From Octopus bimaculoides (Eukaryota), in assembly GCF_001194135.2 (NCBI RefSeq), contig NC_068984.1, positions 126,204,706 through 126,268,705 of the forward strand: DNA of 64,000 bases, read 5' to 3'. Below the pieces are notes generated by a model. The model was not told the DNA's origin, made no database searches, and saw only the letters and a program-made list of their open reading frames with translations. Positions within the stretch are counted from its first letter, which is position 1; every line of letters starts with the position of its first letter. Both the position numbers and the translations under genes were made by a program. Below, piece after piece: positions 12,931 through 26,900 of the stretch.

Positions 12931-15900
12931 GTGAGTAGACTTTATTCTATTACTCTGTGTGCCACAAAACCTCTCCACTTTAAATGACAGAATATTAGGT
13001 GTCACCAGAGCATGAAGCTATATATATATATATATATATATAATACAAAGAATATATATACATGTATACACACATATATGTACATACTTACATCTACATG
13101 TGTATATACATGCATATCAGGGTACAGGACGTTAGAACAATAAACTACAGACAACGGAACGAACACATAGGAAAACGGAAAGCCCCTTGGAATATCCCTT
13201 CATCAGCTGTCTCTATTCTATCTAGACGTTTCGAAGACCAGACAGGACGTACTNNNNNNNNNNNNNNNNNNNNNNNNNNNNNNNNNNNNNNNNNNNNNNN
13301 NNNNNNNNNNNNNNNNNNNNNNNNNNNNNNNNNNNNNNNNNNNNNNNNNNNNNNNNNNNNNNNNNNNNNNNNNNNNNNNNNNNNNNNNNNNNNNNNNNNN
13401 NNNNNNNNNNNNNNNNNNNNNNNNNNNNNNNNNNNNNNNNNNNNNNNNNNNNNNNNNNNNNNNNNNNNNNNNNNNNNNNNNNNNNNNNNNNNNNNNNNNN
13501 NNNNNNNNNNNNNNNNNNNNNNNNNNNNNNNNNNNNNNNNNNNNNNNNNNNNNNNNNNNNNNNNNNNNNNNNNNNNNNNNNNNNNNNNNNNNNNNNNNNN
13601 NNNNNNNNNNNNNNNNNNNNNNNNNNNNGGAGGAAGGGACAGAAGGGTATAGCAGTGAAGTAGAGGCCAGCACAGAGGTATAGATAGAAAGATGGAGGAA
13701 GACAGATAGATAAATAGATAGAAAGATAGATAGATAGATAGACAGATAGATAGATAGAAAGATAGTCACGTCAGAATAATAGTAGACTTACTTGTAAAAT
13801 AGGACGTGTGCGTTCAATAATGTAATAATACAAAGAATATATATACATGTATACACACATATATGTACATACTTACATCTACATGTGTATATACATATAT
13901 ATGTGCACAGACATAGCTAAGTGGTAAGAAATTTTCTTTATAACCATGATTCCTGGTTCAGTCCTGCTGCATGGCTCCTTGGACATGTGTCTTCTACTAT
14001 AGCTCTGGACCAGCCAAAACTTTGTAAGTGGATTTTGTAACTGGAAACCGAAAGAAGCCTGCCCGCATATCTCTCTCTCTTTTTTTTTTATACTTGTTTC
14101 AGTCAATAGGTTGCAGCCATGCTGGGACACTATCTTGAATTTTTAGTTGAATGAATCGACCCCAGTACTTTTTTTTTTTCCTTAAGCCTGGTATTTATTC
14201 TAGTGGTCTTTTTGTCGAACCGCTAAGTTATAGGGACATAAAGACACATATGCACACGCACACACACATATATATATATAATGGGCTTCTTTCAATTTCC
14301 ATCTACCAGATCCACTCACAAGGCCCGAGGCTATAGTAGAAGACACTAGCCCAAGGTGCTACACAGTAGGACTGAACCTGGAACCATGTGGTTGGGAAGC
14401 AAGCTTTGTACTACACTGCCATGCCTGTGTGTGTGTTCATGTCTCCTTGTGTTGACATCACTTAATATTTATTAATGGGTATCACTATGTTAAGTGAAAA
14501 GTCATCATCATAATTTTAAGAACTGCCTTTATGTTCCACATTTAAGTTCCAAAAACCTCATCTCTTTCATGTCCAGAAACTTCAGGAAATACATTATCTG
14601 GTTGTGTTATGAATCATGATGTAGCCAAATTGTTGAGTACCTGAAACTACACCTAATGTTTAAAACTGTGAATAGATTATTGTATGATACTGGTTTGTAT
14701 TGTAAAATTTTGTGTGCCACAACTTCTGAAGAGTACGGGAACACAAATGGACCATGAGTGGTGAACATTTTTTTCGTGTTGTAAAGCCACATTGAAATTA
14801 ATTGTCATCTGATATGGTGGGGTTGCATTTTAAAAAAATCATACTGCTAAACCTATTATTTTGTAAAATCTAATTATTCATAAAACCTTAGCAAAATCAT
14901 CATCATCATCATCATCATCGTTTAACGTCCACCTTCCATGCTAGCATGGGTTGGACGACTTGACTGAGGACTGGTGAAACCGGATGGCAACACCAGGCTC
15001 CAATCTAAATTTGGCAGAGTTTCTACAGCTGGATGCCCTTCCTAACGCCAACCACTCAGAGAGTGTAGTAGGTGCTTTTACGTGTCACCTGCACGAAGGC
15101 CAGTCAGGCGATACTGGCAACGGCCACGCTCGAAATAGTGTCTTTTATGTGCCACCCGCACAAGCCAGTCCAGGGGCACTGGCAACGCTCTCGCTCGAAA
15201 ATCCTACGGAGGCCAGTCAGGTGGTACTGGCAACGGCCACTTTCAAAATGGTGCATCTTATGTGCCACCCGCACAAGAGCCAGTCCAGGGGCACTGGCAA
15301 CGATCTCACTTGGCTTGCCGGGTCTTCTCACGCACAGCACATTTCCAAAGGTCTCGGTCAGTAGTCATCGCCTCGGTGAGGCCCAATGTACGAAGGTCTT
15401 GCCTCACCACCTCAGCCCAGGTCTTCCTGGGCCTACCTCTTCCACGGGTTCCCTCAACTGTTAGGGTGTGGCACTTTTTCACGCAGCTATCCTCATTGAT
15501 TTAAAATTTTGGTTCAAGGCCAGCAGTTGCAGCAGGTGGGTAAGTTGAATACATTGATCCCACCGTTCAACTGGTACTTATTTTATTGATCCTGAAAGGT
15601 AGAAAGGCAAAATTGACCTCGGCAGAATTTGAACTCAGAATGTCAAGATAGACAAAATGCTGCTAAGCATTTCATCTGGCATGCTGATGATTCTGCCAGC
15701 TTGCTGCCTTAACCTTATTAAAATTTTTTTTTTTTTTTTTTTAATGTGGTTGGGGTTTGAAATATTATGCTCAACATAAGTCTATTTGTTTATTTATTTA
15801 TTTGAAAATTTCTTTGGATTTCTGTTTTAAGCACATTTGTGATTACTTTAATGAAGAATTACAAAGAAGTGTTTCTAAAATTTGCAGTTAGTTTAAAGGG

Positions 15901-18900
15901 ATAGATTTTGAATAAGATTTATATTATCATCATCATCATCATCATCATCATCATCGTTTAACGTCCACTTTCCATGCTAGCATGGGTTGGATGATTTGAC
16001 TGAGGACTGGTGGACCAGGAGGCGACATCAGGCTCCAATCTGATTTGTCAGAGTTTCTACAGCCAGATGCCCTTCCTAACGCTAACCACTCCGAGAGTGT
16101 AGTGGGTGTTTTACGTACTACCAGCACGAGGGCCAGTCAGGCGGAACTGGCGACGGCCACGCTCGAAATGGTGTGTTTTACGTGCCACCTGCACAGGAGC
16201 CAGCCCATCGGCAACGATCTTGCTCAAATGTCTTTTCACGTTCCACTGGCACAAGTGCCAGAGAGGCGACGTTGGTAACGATCAATGGCCATTCTCAGAA
16301 CAAAAATAATTCTATTATAATGATTTTTCCCATCTGACATTTACTTCTTTCAGAAGGTTGCATGCTTCCACTTCTATGAAATTTAAGATTCGCTCACCTT
16401 GCTTCCCTTTTAATTTACATGTTTTTATGCAAATGATACATTTTCAATTTTTTTTTAAAATTCATGTATATATATATTATGATAGTATATTTTTCTTCAT
16501 ATAAATATACTGATAACATTGCTATGATTATACTTAGAAGGGTGTCACTTGTAAATTTATTGTGATTTCTCTTTCTGCACCTCTGTTAGCCCTATTGTGG
16601 TTGTACTTTCCAACCTCTGATAAAACCCTATTGTGCTATTAACATAATCCTCTACTACTGACATACCCACTGTATCATTATCCAGTATTCTTAGCTTATC
16701 TAGTTCCCTCTTCCAAAAATATTTGGATGCAGGATTTTACAAAATACCACTTTAGTAGAGTAAATACTACCTCTTTCAAATGTCCCAGGATAATTACTTG
16801 AAGGCTGATGCTTAGTATTTATAATGATTTTTGAAGGACTAAAGCATATTATTGCCAGTTACCATTGATGCTATAAATACTTATAATAATAATAATAATA
16901 ATAATATTCCAGGAAATATCCTGTGTGGTCAAAATTCAAATGGAAACAGTAAGAATATGTCTAAAGAAGTTGTCAGTCAATTAATTGCAGCTGAAGTCGA
17001 AGAAGAACCGGTAAGTATTGGTTTGTGTGATCTATCCTGCAGACATTTAACATAGATATATCAACTGTCTACCTCACATAAATCTGTCTACGCTGCCACT
17101 GCTACTTTGTGTGTGTGTGTGTCACTGATTGTCTGTATAATATTTCATGTATCAGTCAATGTAAGATGAGCTTTTTAAGATATGTGTCAGCCTGAAAGTT
17201 AATGTGTTTCAGCCAAAACCTACCCTTTGTTAACACTAGGAAATCAGTTGTTTAGCCTGAGATTTTCTATAGTTTTAAATGAATTTTTCTATTCATCTCA
17301 TGCTAGATGTTTACATATCGACAGTGGTAGTTTTCGGTGTTGAATGTCCACTTCCTCTTAAACAGTTGTTACTGAACCAGTTTGGAACTCTTATGCAGTT
17401 AGTTAACCTGCTAGAAGTTGCAGCTAAATATTTCTCAAATCACATTCTGCTATCTTAAAGAGAAAGGCAACATAAAATTATGTGGTCTTGAATGCTCACT
17501 GCCTGAAAAAAAAGTTAGAGTTGTTCCACTTTGGTCATAGGTCTGCTCCTTATGACTGACCCAAACAACTAGATATTTAAGAGAACTCTTGTTGAACTGA
17601 CACCATGGTGACTAGATACAATATATCTACTGTATTATTAGAAATAGTGGCAGCTATAATATCAGTGTTTGGCCTTTCTTTCGTATGTATATTAAGAAGC
17701 ACACTGTCTTCAAATTTAAAATTGAAAACATGTGGTACAAGTTCTGTTGAAGGAAACCCGGCTGTTATATTCATTTATAATTTTGGTGCTAGTTTACTGA
17801 TTTGTAGTTGAGATCAGTACTTGATTTGAATTGATCCTCACTTCATTAATGATACTTAATTTATTAACCCTTGTGGTATGAAAAACAAAATCTACAGTGA
17901 CAAGATTTGAACACAGAATGTAGAGAGATGCAACTAGACATCACCAGGTATTTCCTCTGACACTCTATCGTTTCTATTACTATGCCAATCTTTTTCTTCT
18001 AAGTTCTTTCACTGGTTTGTGTTTATTAGCAGTTTTCACAACTGACTGTTTCTTGCCGAAACTTTCGACTTAACTATGAAACACATGTGACAAATCAGAT
18101 GGGAGAAAGTATAACTTGACCCCAGACACACAAGTTTTTTTGGTCAGTTTAAAGTACAGAATTTACAACCTGTTGTTCTCTTATTTCATTTGCTCATTCA
18201 GCAGTAATCCTTTAACAATCAGATTACTCTGTCAAGTATAATGCTTATTTATTCACATTGTTTTGAATTAATCATGCATTATCTTGTAGCTTTGACATTT
18301 CAGTGATGCGATTGCTTATTTTTAGAATGACAGTGTAGGGTGGGTGTGACCTGCCAGAAATGGCTAGTTTGCATATAAAACAGGTAGAGTACTTAGGCTG
18401 GATATGGCTAGTTCAATCACTGAAGGGCTATGTTTGATACTGTTCAGTACTATCAGAATAACTATATTTTAGTGCCATGTGTAGTTCTTTCCAGATTCTC
18501 CATTTTGTGTTGTGGCCATAGAAATAGCCTGGAAACAAATGTGAAAAAATTCATTCTAGCACAAATACCATTTTTACTCATGTCCTCTCTCTATTTTACT
18601 TTTTCCCTTTTTCTTTCCTTCTCAAATGTTTTGTGTTTAAGATCTCTCCAACCTATGTACGCCACAGGTAAAAATAGATGTCAAAATATTGATCATCATT
18701 ATCATTCTTTGTTCTCCCTCACATTGTTCTGTTTTTAAGATATCATATCAATGGCCTTATTTTATATTTGATTAATCTGTGTGTATGTATGTATGTGTGT
18801 GTGTGTGTGTGTGAGAGAGTGAGAGAGAGAGAGATTGGTAATTGTATCACTAAAATATTTTTTTCTTTGTCTTTTGTTTTATCGTATCAAGATGATAATT

Positions 18901-20941
18901 GAGCAGTTAATTATGTGGATGATTATCAGCAATGAAGACTGGGGTATCAGGTAAGTGTTGTCAGTTTGAAGTGTTTGAGGTTAATGATACTAAGGCTGTT
19001 GTTTGCGGGCTGGTAATATAGTTGGCATGACTTTGAAGAGCAAAGACCTTTTAAGTTATGGTAAGGTAAAAAAGAACCTGGAAGGGACATGTCTTGACAT
19101 TGTGCTAGTATTTAAGCAGCGCATTACATATCACCATCATTTAATGTCTATTTTTCCATGGTCTCATGAGTCAGACTGAATTTTGTTGAGGTGGATTTTC
19201 TGTGACTGGATGCCCTTCCTGTTTCTATGGAAGATTAGAAATGAAGGACAGACACCGTTTGCATGATGGTGACACTCACTCACATCTATCACTCGACCTC
19301 AAGGCAAAGAGATGGTAACATACATACACCACACACATACATACTTACGTACGTACATACATGTTTATATACTTATATACACATACACACTACAGGCTCT
19401 TTTCAATTTCTATCTACCAAATCCACACACAAGGTTTTGATCAGACCAAGGCTATAGTAGAAGACTCTTGCCCAAGGTGCTTTTGCAGTGGCACTGAACC
19501 CCAAACTATGTGGTTGGGAAGCAAATCACTTACTATGTTGTTTAACCCTTTAGTGTTCAGATTACTCTGTTAAATTTAATACTTTTTCACTCAAATTGTT
19601 TTGAATTAATCATGCATTATCTTATAGCTTTGAGGTTTCAATGATGTGATTGTTCATTTTTAGAATGTCATTGTAGGTTAGGTGTGAGAGGTTAGATATC
19701 GCCCGTTTGAATATGAAACATGTAGAATATTTGGGCCAGATATGGCCGGTTTAAACACTAAAGGGTTAAAAAGGTAGATTGCTTTAACTTGCAGCAATGA
19801 GGAGTATCTGATATTTGTATTGAGAAGAAGGCCAGGAGAATGGTGACAGTGAGAGCCTGTAGGTGACTGGTACTTCTAAATACACTATTTAATTTCTCTA
19901 TTGCAAGTATTGTTTAGACAGACAAATTGATAGAATTGGACCATGTCTGTGTGGGAGGTGAACAAATGGCTTTTGAGAAGGAGGTTATGGCTTTTGTAAT
20001 CATTGACAATGAGAGCTAACATTATTAATTATTGTAGATTTGTAAAATTAATTGTGTATTATTTTGTAACTTTGAGATTCTGAAGAAGTGATTGTTTATT
20101 TTTAGAATGCCATTGTAGGGTAGGTTGGATCTGGCCATCCTCACACAAAACAGGTGGAATATTTGGGCCAGTTTAAATGTTAAGGGGTTAACATCAGCCT
20201 AAGTTTGGCTGGTCTGCAATGTTATGAATGACTCCCTTTTTGTCTTGTGTACCTTCTCATCTGTGAGATTGACCTCACCTCACCTTTTTATCGTTGTATT
20301 ACTACTATTATTACTTCAACCACCACAGCTACTACTATCATCAACTACAGCAAGCATCACCATCATTTGAACCACTAACCTCTGCTATTGTTGCTGCTAC
20401 TACCATCTCACCACCACAACCCCTCTTCTCATTTCTGCCATTGCCACATCACTATCATCACCAAACCACCATCACCACCGCTACCATTATCATCGTCATT
20501 GCTACTAACTGTTAGAACAATTGTCAGTTACCTTTTACTTGCCCCAGTCTAATGACTGGGGCACCACCCTGAAGGGTTTAATTGAACAAATCAACCCCAG
20601 TGCTATTTTTTAAGTTTGACTTTTATTCTGTCGGACTCTTCTGTTGAATTACTGTATCAAAATGACAAACAAATCAATGCCAGTTGTCAAGTGGTGGCAG
20701 TAGGGAAGACTAATACACTCACACACACAACATACATACATACACACATATATATATTGTTTTCCAAAATGGAGGTGAACACCTTTCTCCATGTGATCAG
20801 CTTGAAAAATTATTAAGATACTTGGATATTTTCACACTCTTCTTAACATGAAACTAATGGTAGCCTTAATTCACAAATAAATTATTTATCCACCAATACA
20901 GTGTTGAGCACGCATTCCAACGTTCTACTTTTACTTATATA

Positions 20942-20996
<55 letters not shown>

Positions 20997-23900
20997 CACA
21001 CACTTACAATAGGTTTCCTTCTACCAAATTCACTCACAAGGCATTGGTCAACTTGGGGCCATAGTAGAAGACACTTGCCTAAGGTGCTACAGTATAATGG
21101 GGGCAAACCAAGCTTCTTAACCATACAGCCATATCTGAATTGCATGATAATCTACCAGAAGTCTATAAACAGACAATTATAATGTCTTCCGTATTTCATT
21201 AACTTTCGTTACAGACCATTGACTGTAAATGGTACCATTCCTGAAAGAGTTGAAGAACTGGCTTATGTGGAGAGTTACACTCCATATATGAGTTTCACTT
21301 GTCGCCTTCGAAGAGCTATCTTTGACACTATATACCAGTTGCTTTTGGGATGTCTAGGTGAGTAGATAGAGCCACTTCTTATTTCTATTCTGCTTGGGGA
21401 ATTACTACAAACAGCTAAGTCAGTTTGTGGGAGATCATTTTTGTACTAGATGAAGGATATTTGACTTTGACTTTTTGAAACTGCAACAGTCCAGACTTGT
21501 TTCTGCATGTTTATGGGGTATATTATCTGTAATAGCCTTATTGACTCTCTGGCATGAGTATTTTAGCCCTAGGCAAAGGAATATATGTCTACTTTCATTC
21601 CCTGGTCTACCTGTTTAACAGTTTCAGCTTGTTTTACTGTTGAAGAGGATCCTGCAATAATCGTACATATTTACACAAGTCATCCAAGCTATGTTGGCAT
21701 GGAAAACAGTTCACAAGTTACTCATTAGCCATTTCGCTTCTGCTACATTTAATTTTTCTCTCATATCATTGAAAATTCTGATGTTCCACAGAACATCTCC
21801 TCAAGAGTTCATTCTCTGATCAAAATTAGTTTTGAGATCTGTTTATTTGGAGCTTGATGATAGTTTGGAAAAGAACTAATCAAATCTGTAATAATTGGAG
21901 AAATGTTTATATGTGTGTGTTTGTAGACATCAGTATGAAACAGTAAGGCACAACTGTTTGAATGCTAACAATTTGGCACAGCTGACTGGACATTCAGCCT
22001 GTTTTTGGTACTGGAAACAAACACATGTAGACAGAAATATTCATTTACTGAAAGAAAGACAGAGATTATAATTTATTTATTGAATATTATTGACAAATAT
22101 TTTCCCGCTCCTCATGCACAGAGAAGTGGGGAGGGTGAGAATGGGGAAAAAAACATTAAAGCATTTGGTATTAAATATATCAGTGTTGAATCAACAATGC
22201 CACATAGGTGACACCAAAGCGTTTCATGCTCATATATAAATATATGTATATAGATAGATAGATCTAATGTACTGCTTTATTTAATACTTCTGCCTACTTT
22301 GTGTTCCTTTAATTATGTTTACTCTGTTAAAAACATTCAAACCAGACACCTGGTTCCCTCCACATGCATTTATTGCCTGTGGATGTTCAAGGGTGAGCAT
22401 CAGACACATTAATCTCATTGGGCTAAGGAGATGAGGGAGTCAAAATCATGTGACTCATCCCTTTTCCTGTGATGGACTGAATATGTACAATAGGGATAAG
22501 TTTATACGTACTTAAAGGGTCTGAAAATGGTTAAGACTGAAATGATCAAAGTTAAACCAAATAACTGTGAAAGGTGAGTTTACTAGCACTGTGATACAGA
22601 AGAGTAATTGTGATGCTGAAGGTACGTGTGTATGTTTTTGTTTTGTCTTTTGTTTGTTTTTATCCACCTTGCCATTATCTGTTGTCACACTTCTGGCTTG
22701 TTCATTGGTCTCTTCCAGATTAAAACTAGAAGTAAAGATGTGTTTAATTATCTAGGCATTGATCCCTTTCAGACCTTCAGGTCTAATCATATTTTTCCTT
22801 TCACTGTTGTCTCAGTCACTAATATACAGTTGGTTTTGATTTCCTTGTCAGGGGTTGTTTTGCTTATTTTATTGCTGCGTTTTTGCTTGGTGCAGCACCA
22901 GAAGAAGGAAGAGGAACAGCAGCAAATCTATGAAATGATTGAGAAAATAATTGGTAAGTAAATAATTAGGCTTTAATTCTACAACAGCACATTCTTCACC
23001 ACCTCCTCTATCGTTACTGTCACTGTTACCATCAAAATGGTTTTGTTGGTCTTGTCAAGTGGAATGGATTTCCAGTCACATTCTTACATTTCCTTTCCCT
23101 ATACATTTGAGTTGCTATGTTTATTGAAAATGTCACTTAAAATGGAAATGTTGTCATTATAAAATAGATTGAAATCTTGTGATTGTTGTTGGTGTAGTAC
23201 AAGAGGAAGTTTCTAAATAAATATATTTTAAGCAAGTTCAATATTCTTGTGATTGAGATCTAAGCAAGATCAACTCTCATAGAGTGGAGACCTAAGTGAA
23301 GACAGTTCACTGAAAGTGAGACATAAGTGAGATCAACTATCATAAATTAAAGGTCTCCTACACTTGTTAGTTTGATTATATGATGTAGTCCTAAAAGTCA
23401 CGTGAGAGGAAAGAACCATTATGGTGGTTGATGTCTTCAGCATAGATAACATTGATTACTAGGTTTAGACTATCAATGCCATCAACATCACTTATGTAAC
23501 AACCAGTGACACTATTAAGAGTAATGAGATAAGCCAAATCATATGATCTATTATGCAAATGTATATCACTGGATCTGTGTTGATCTATACAGCTGTGGTA
23601 GTTAGTGTGAATGTGATTAATGTGCAAATGACATGAAACTGAGAAATTGAGTGAAATACTACTGCACTTGTAGAACTTGTAGAAAAGGTCACTTAATTCT
23701 TCAGTTAAAATACATGTGTTTGTGTGTGTGTGTGTGTGTATATATCATGTTGAACTGTTAATCCCTACACAGTTTTTCTCTCTCCTTTTTTTTTTTTTCT
23801 CAATCCATTCTGTCAAAGAGTGTAGGCTTGAAATGTCAAAGACTTTTCCATTCTTCCCGAGCATCAAACTAATGCTCTTGCTTGTTGTTCTTTCACCTGT

Positions 23901-26900
23901 CTTCGTCTTTTGTTTTCTGTTAATTCAAACTATATATATATAGACAGACAGATATGTATGTATGTATGTATGCATGTGTGTACCATTATCTACATTCTTT
24001 GTTTTCCACCACTTGAATATATGATCATTCTTTCATCATTTTAATGGTTATTTATCATCAGTAGTGCTATCCAAATATCCAATAAGGAATCTACTGAACT
24101 GTAGCCCCAGGAGTTCATTATCCAAACCAGAACTGTGAATTGTTATACTCTTTTACTGATTTCAGTCATTGGACTGCAGCCATTCAGAGATAGTGCTTTC
24201 AAGGATTTTAGGCATTCATATTGACCCCAGTACTTATTTCAGTCTGGTACTTAGTTTAACAAATCACTAAATTATACTTTTAACTCCTTTGTTATTATAT
24301 TTCTGTTGAAATACAGTCTCTGTATTTGTTAATTTAATTGAATTTGGTAAAATAGCTTTGTCATTATTAAGCTGGTATTTGGAAAATGAATAAGCATGAA
24401 ATTCTGATGGAAAGTTTTAATATATACTATTTAAAAGAGGAAATTTGTATCACAACCAAGAACGATCTTGGGTGGATTGCTATCCAAAGGATTAACACCA
24501 AGGAATGCAATTCAGCACATCAGTTTACACTAGTAAGCATGAACACAAGCATGGTTGTCCATAGTTGTACAGTTTCTAAGGCATTGGTCAACCTATAGCT
24601 ACAATAGAAACCACATCTGTTTAAGGTATAACACAATGAGATTGAAAACAGAACTACATAATTGCATTGCTAACTTCTTAGCTACACATATTTCATTTCA
24701 GATACACTAAAGTCTGAATGTGAAGCAATGTCTCGACATGATGAGGAGCCTTACCTAGCTGTACAACATGTCCGTGACAAATTATTACAACCGTCAAAAA
24801 GGTATTTTACTAACACATTGTTTACCTTCTGTTTTTGACTTTTTCTTAGAAACAGAATTAATTCTATTTTAATATTAATTGATTTTAGATTGTCTTTTAA
24901 GAATACATATTTAATTGTAGTCTATTCTCTCCTCTCTCTCTCACTCTCTCTCTCTCTCTCTCTCATATTTCCCTTGTACTCTCTCTTTTTCCAGCTAGGG
25001 AAGCCATGTATTCACCTCTTCAGCAAGACATCTGTTCCCATCCCTCTATCATATTTTTATATCCTTCAGTATTATATCCCACTCAGCTGAGGGTTTTATT
25101 TTGCAAGTATTTGGTGACCTCACTAATCCACATGTTTTGCCATGGAGGCATCTTTGCACCCAATGCATTCTGTAAAGTGGTTGATGTTGGGCAGGGCATC
25201 CAGCTGTAGAAACTTTGCTAAAAAGGACCATTTGAGCAAGATTTTGACCTATCTCTTCACTTGCTCTCTTCAAACATCAACCTTCAGCAAATCCTATCAT
25301 GTGACAGATCTAATGGATAGTTATAATGAATGTCACTGTCAATCACTTAACTCTATCCTGATAGTTTCAAAGCTGTTGATGATACATTGCTTAAGATTCC
25401 TCTGAAACAATTAGATTATTCTCTATCATGAATTAGTCAGCACTGTTTCTATGTCTGTTCTCTCTCTCTATTCTTTTTCACCTCAAATTTCCAAGGTGCT
25501 TAACTGGTACTACTTTCATTTCATTTTAGGAAACAATTGCTACCAATCTGGAAGAAAGCTGCCAAATTTATTGAAGAGAATGAATCTCGAATCCGACATG
25601 AAACTCGAATGATTGAAGGAGAAGAATTTGATGTATGGCGATGGTTACCAGTAAGTGAATTAGTAATTTTCTTCAGACTGAAATAATCCTAATTGTTGTT
25701 ATTATCATTTGTGCAACCCATGCCAGCATGGAAATATGGTTGTTAAAAGGTGAGGATAATAATGATGTGCAGTAGATTAGCAGAATTATTAGTGTCATAG
25801 TATTTGTTCTTTATGTTCTGAGTTCAACCCCTACCAAGGTCCACTTAGACTTTCTTCCCTTTAGAATTGGTAAAATGAAGTATTGGGATCAGTGGTATAG
25901 ACTAAGACCTTCCCCTCAAGTCTTATGCTTTGTGCTATTTTGTCTGTCTTTGTATTCTTAAATTCCACTGAGGTTGATTTTGCCTTTCATCCTTTCATGA
26001 TCAATGGAATAAGTACCAGATGCACACAGTGCTTTAGGTAATCAAATTGCTTGTCTCCCAAAATTTCAGCTCTTGTGCTAATATAAAAAATATTGACCAT
26101 GATGAACGGGTAGAAGCATGTATGAATGCCTTCGGAAAATGGTCAAACAAAAATAGTCCATTAAATTTTCTCTGTAGGTTATTGAGGTTTGTGTTACAAA
26201 GTAATACGATGAAGTTTGGACAAAAATTTTAGCACCAGAGGTACACCCATGGCAGTTAATTTTGTTAATGTCTTCATGATGAAATTCGAGACAGTTACTG
26301 AAGACATTCAAATCCTTACATGATCATGAACCAATATTCTGGTTGCGGTTCATTGATGACGTCTTTTTTGTCTGGGAAGGATCACAGAATAGTCTAATTA
26401 ACTTCTTGCATTTTTGTGACTGTTATGCTAAAAATTATGGCTTTAAGTCCAACATAAAATTTACATCTAGTTTTTTCAAAAACTAGCGTTGAATTTTTAG
26501 ACACAAAAGTTAAGTTTTCTAGAGGTAGAATAGTGATAGGGTTATTTTGCAAACCCACATCATCCCACATTTATCTCCATCACTGCTCCGATCATCCACA
26601 TCGTATAATTTGGTCAAATCCGAAATCCCAATTTCTGTGGATAAAACCAATTTGTACTGACATAGGGGATTACTGGAAACATCCAAATGCTTTTGTACAC
26701 CATTATGTCAAATGCAGTTACAGTGAATCATGATTAAAGAATGCAAATGACATAGCTAAAATTAGCAGAGAAAGTCAAACCAAATTCACGCATAATTTTA
26801 GCAAAAACAATACAGTATATCACAGAATTCCTTAAGTGATTTACTGGCGCCGAAATTTCACTGGCATTTCAAAAGTGTTGCATGAAAGTTACCAGTATGT

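Noticed and set aside
17605-17811. Hydrophobic 68-aa ORF as a possible extra LEMD3 TM exon
   Set aside because: No convincing acceptor/donor pair. The flanking exons already join in phase, and an extra TM would break MAN1 topology.
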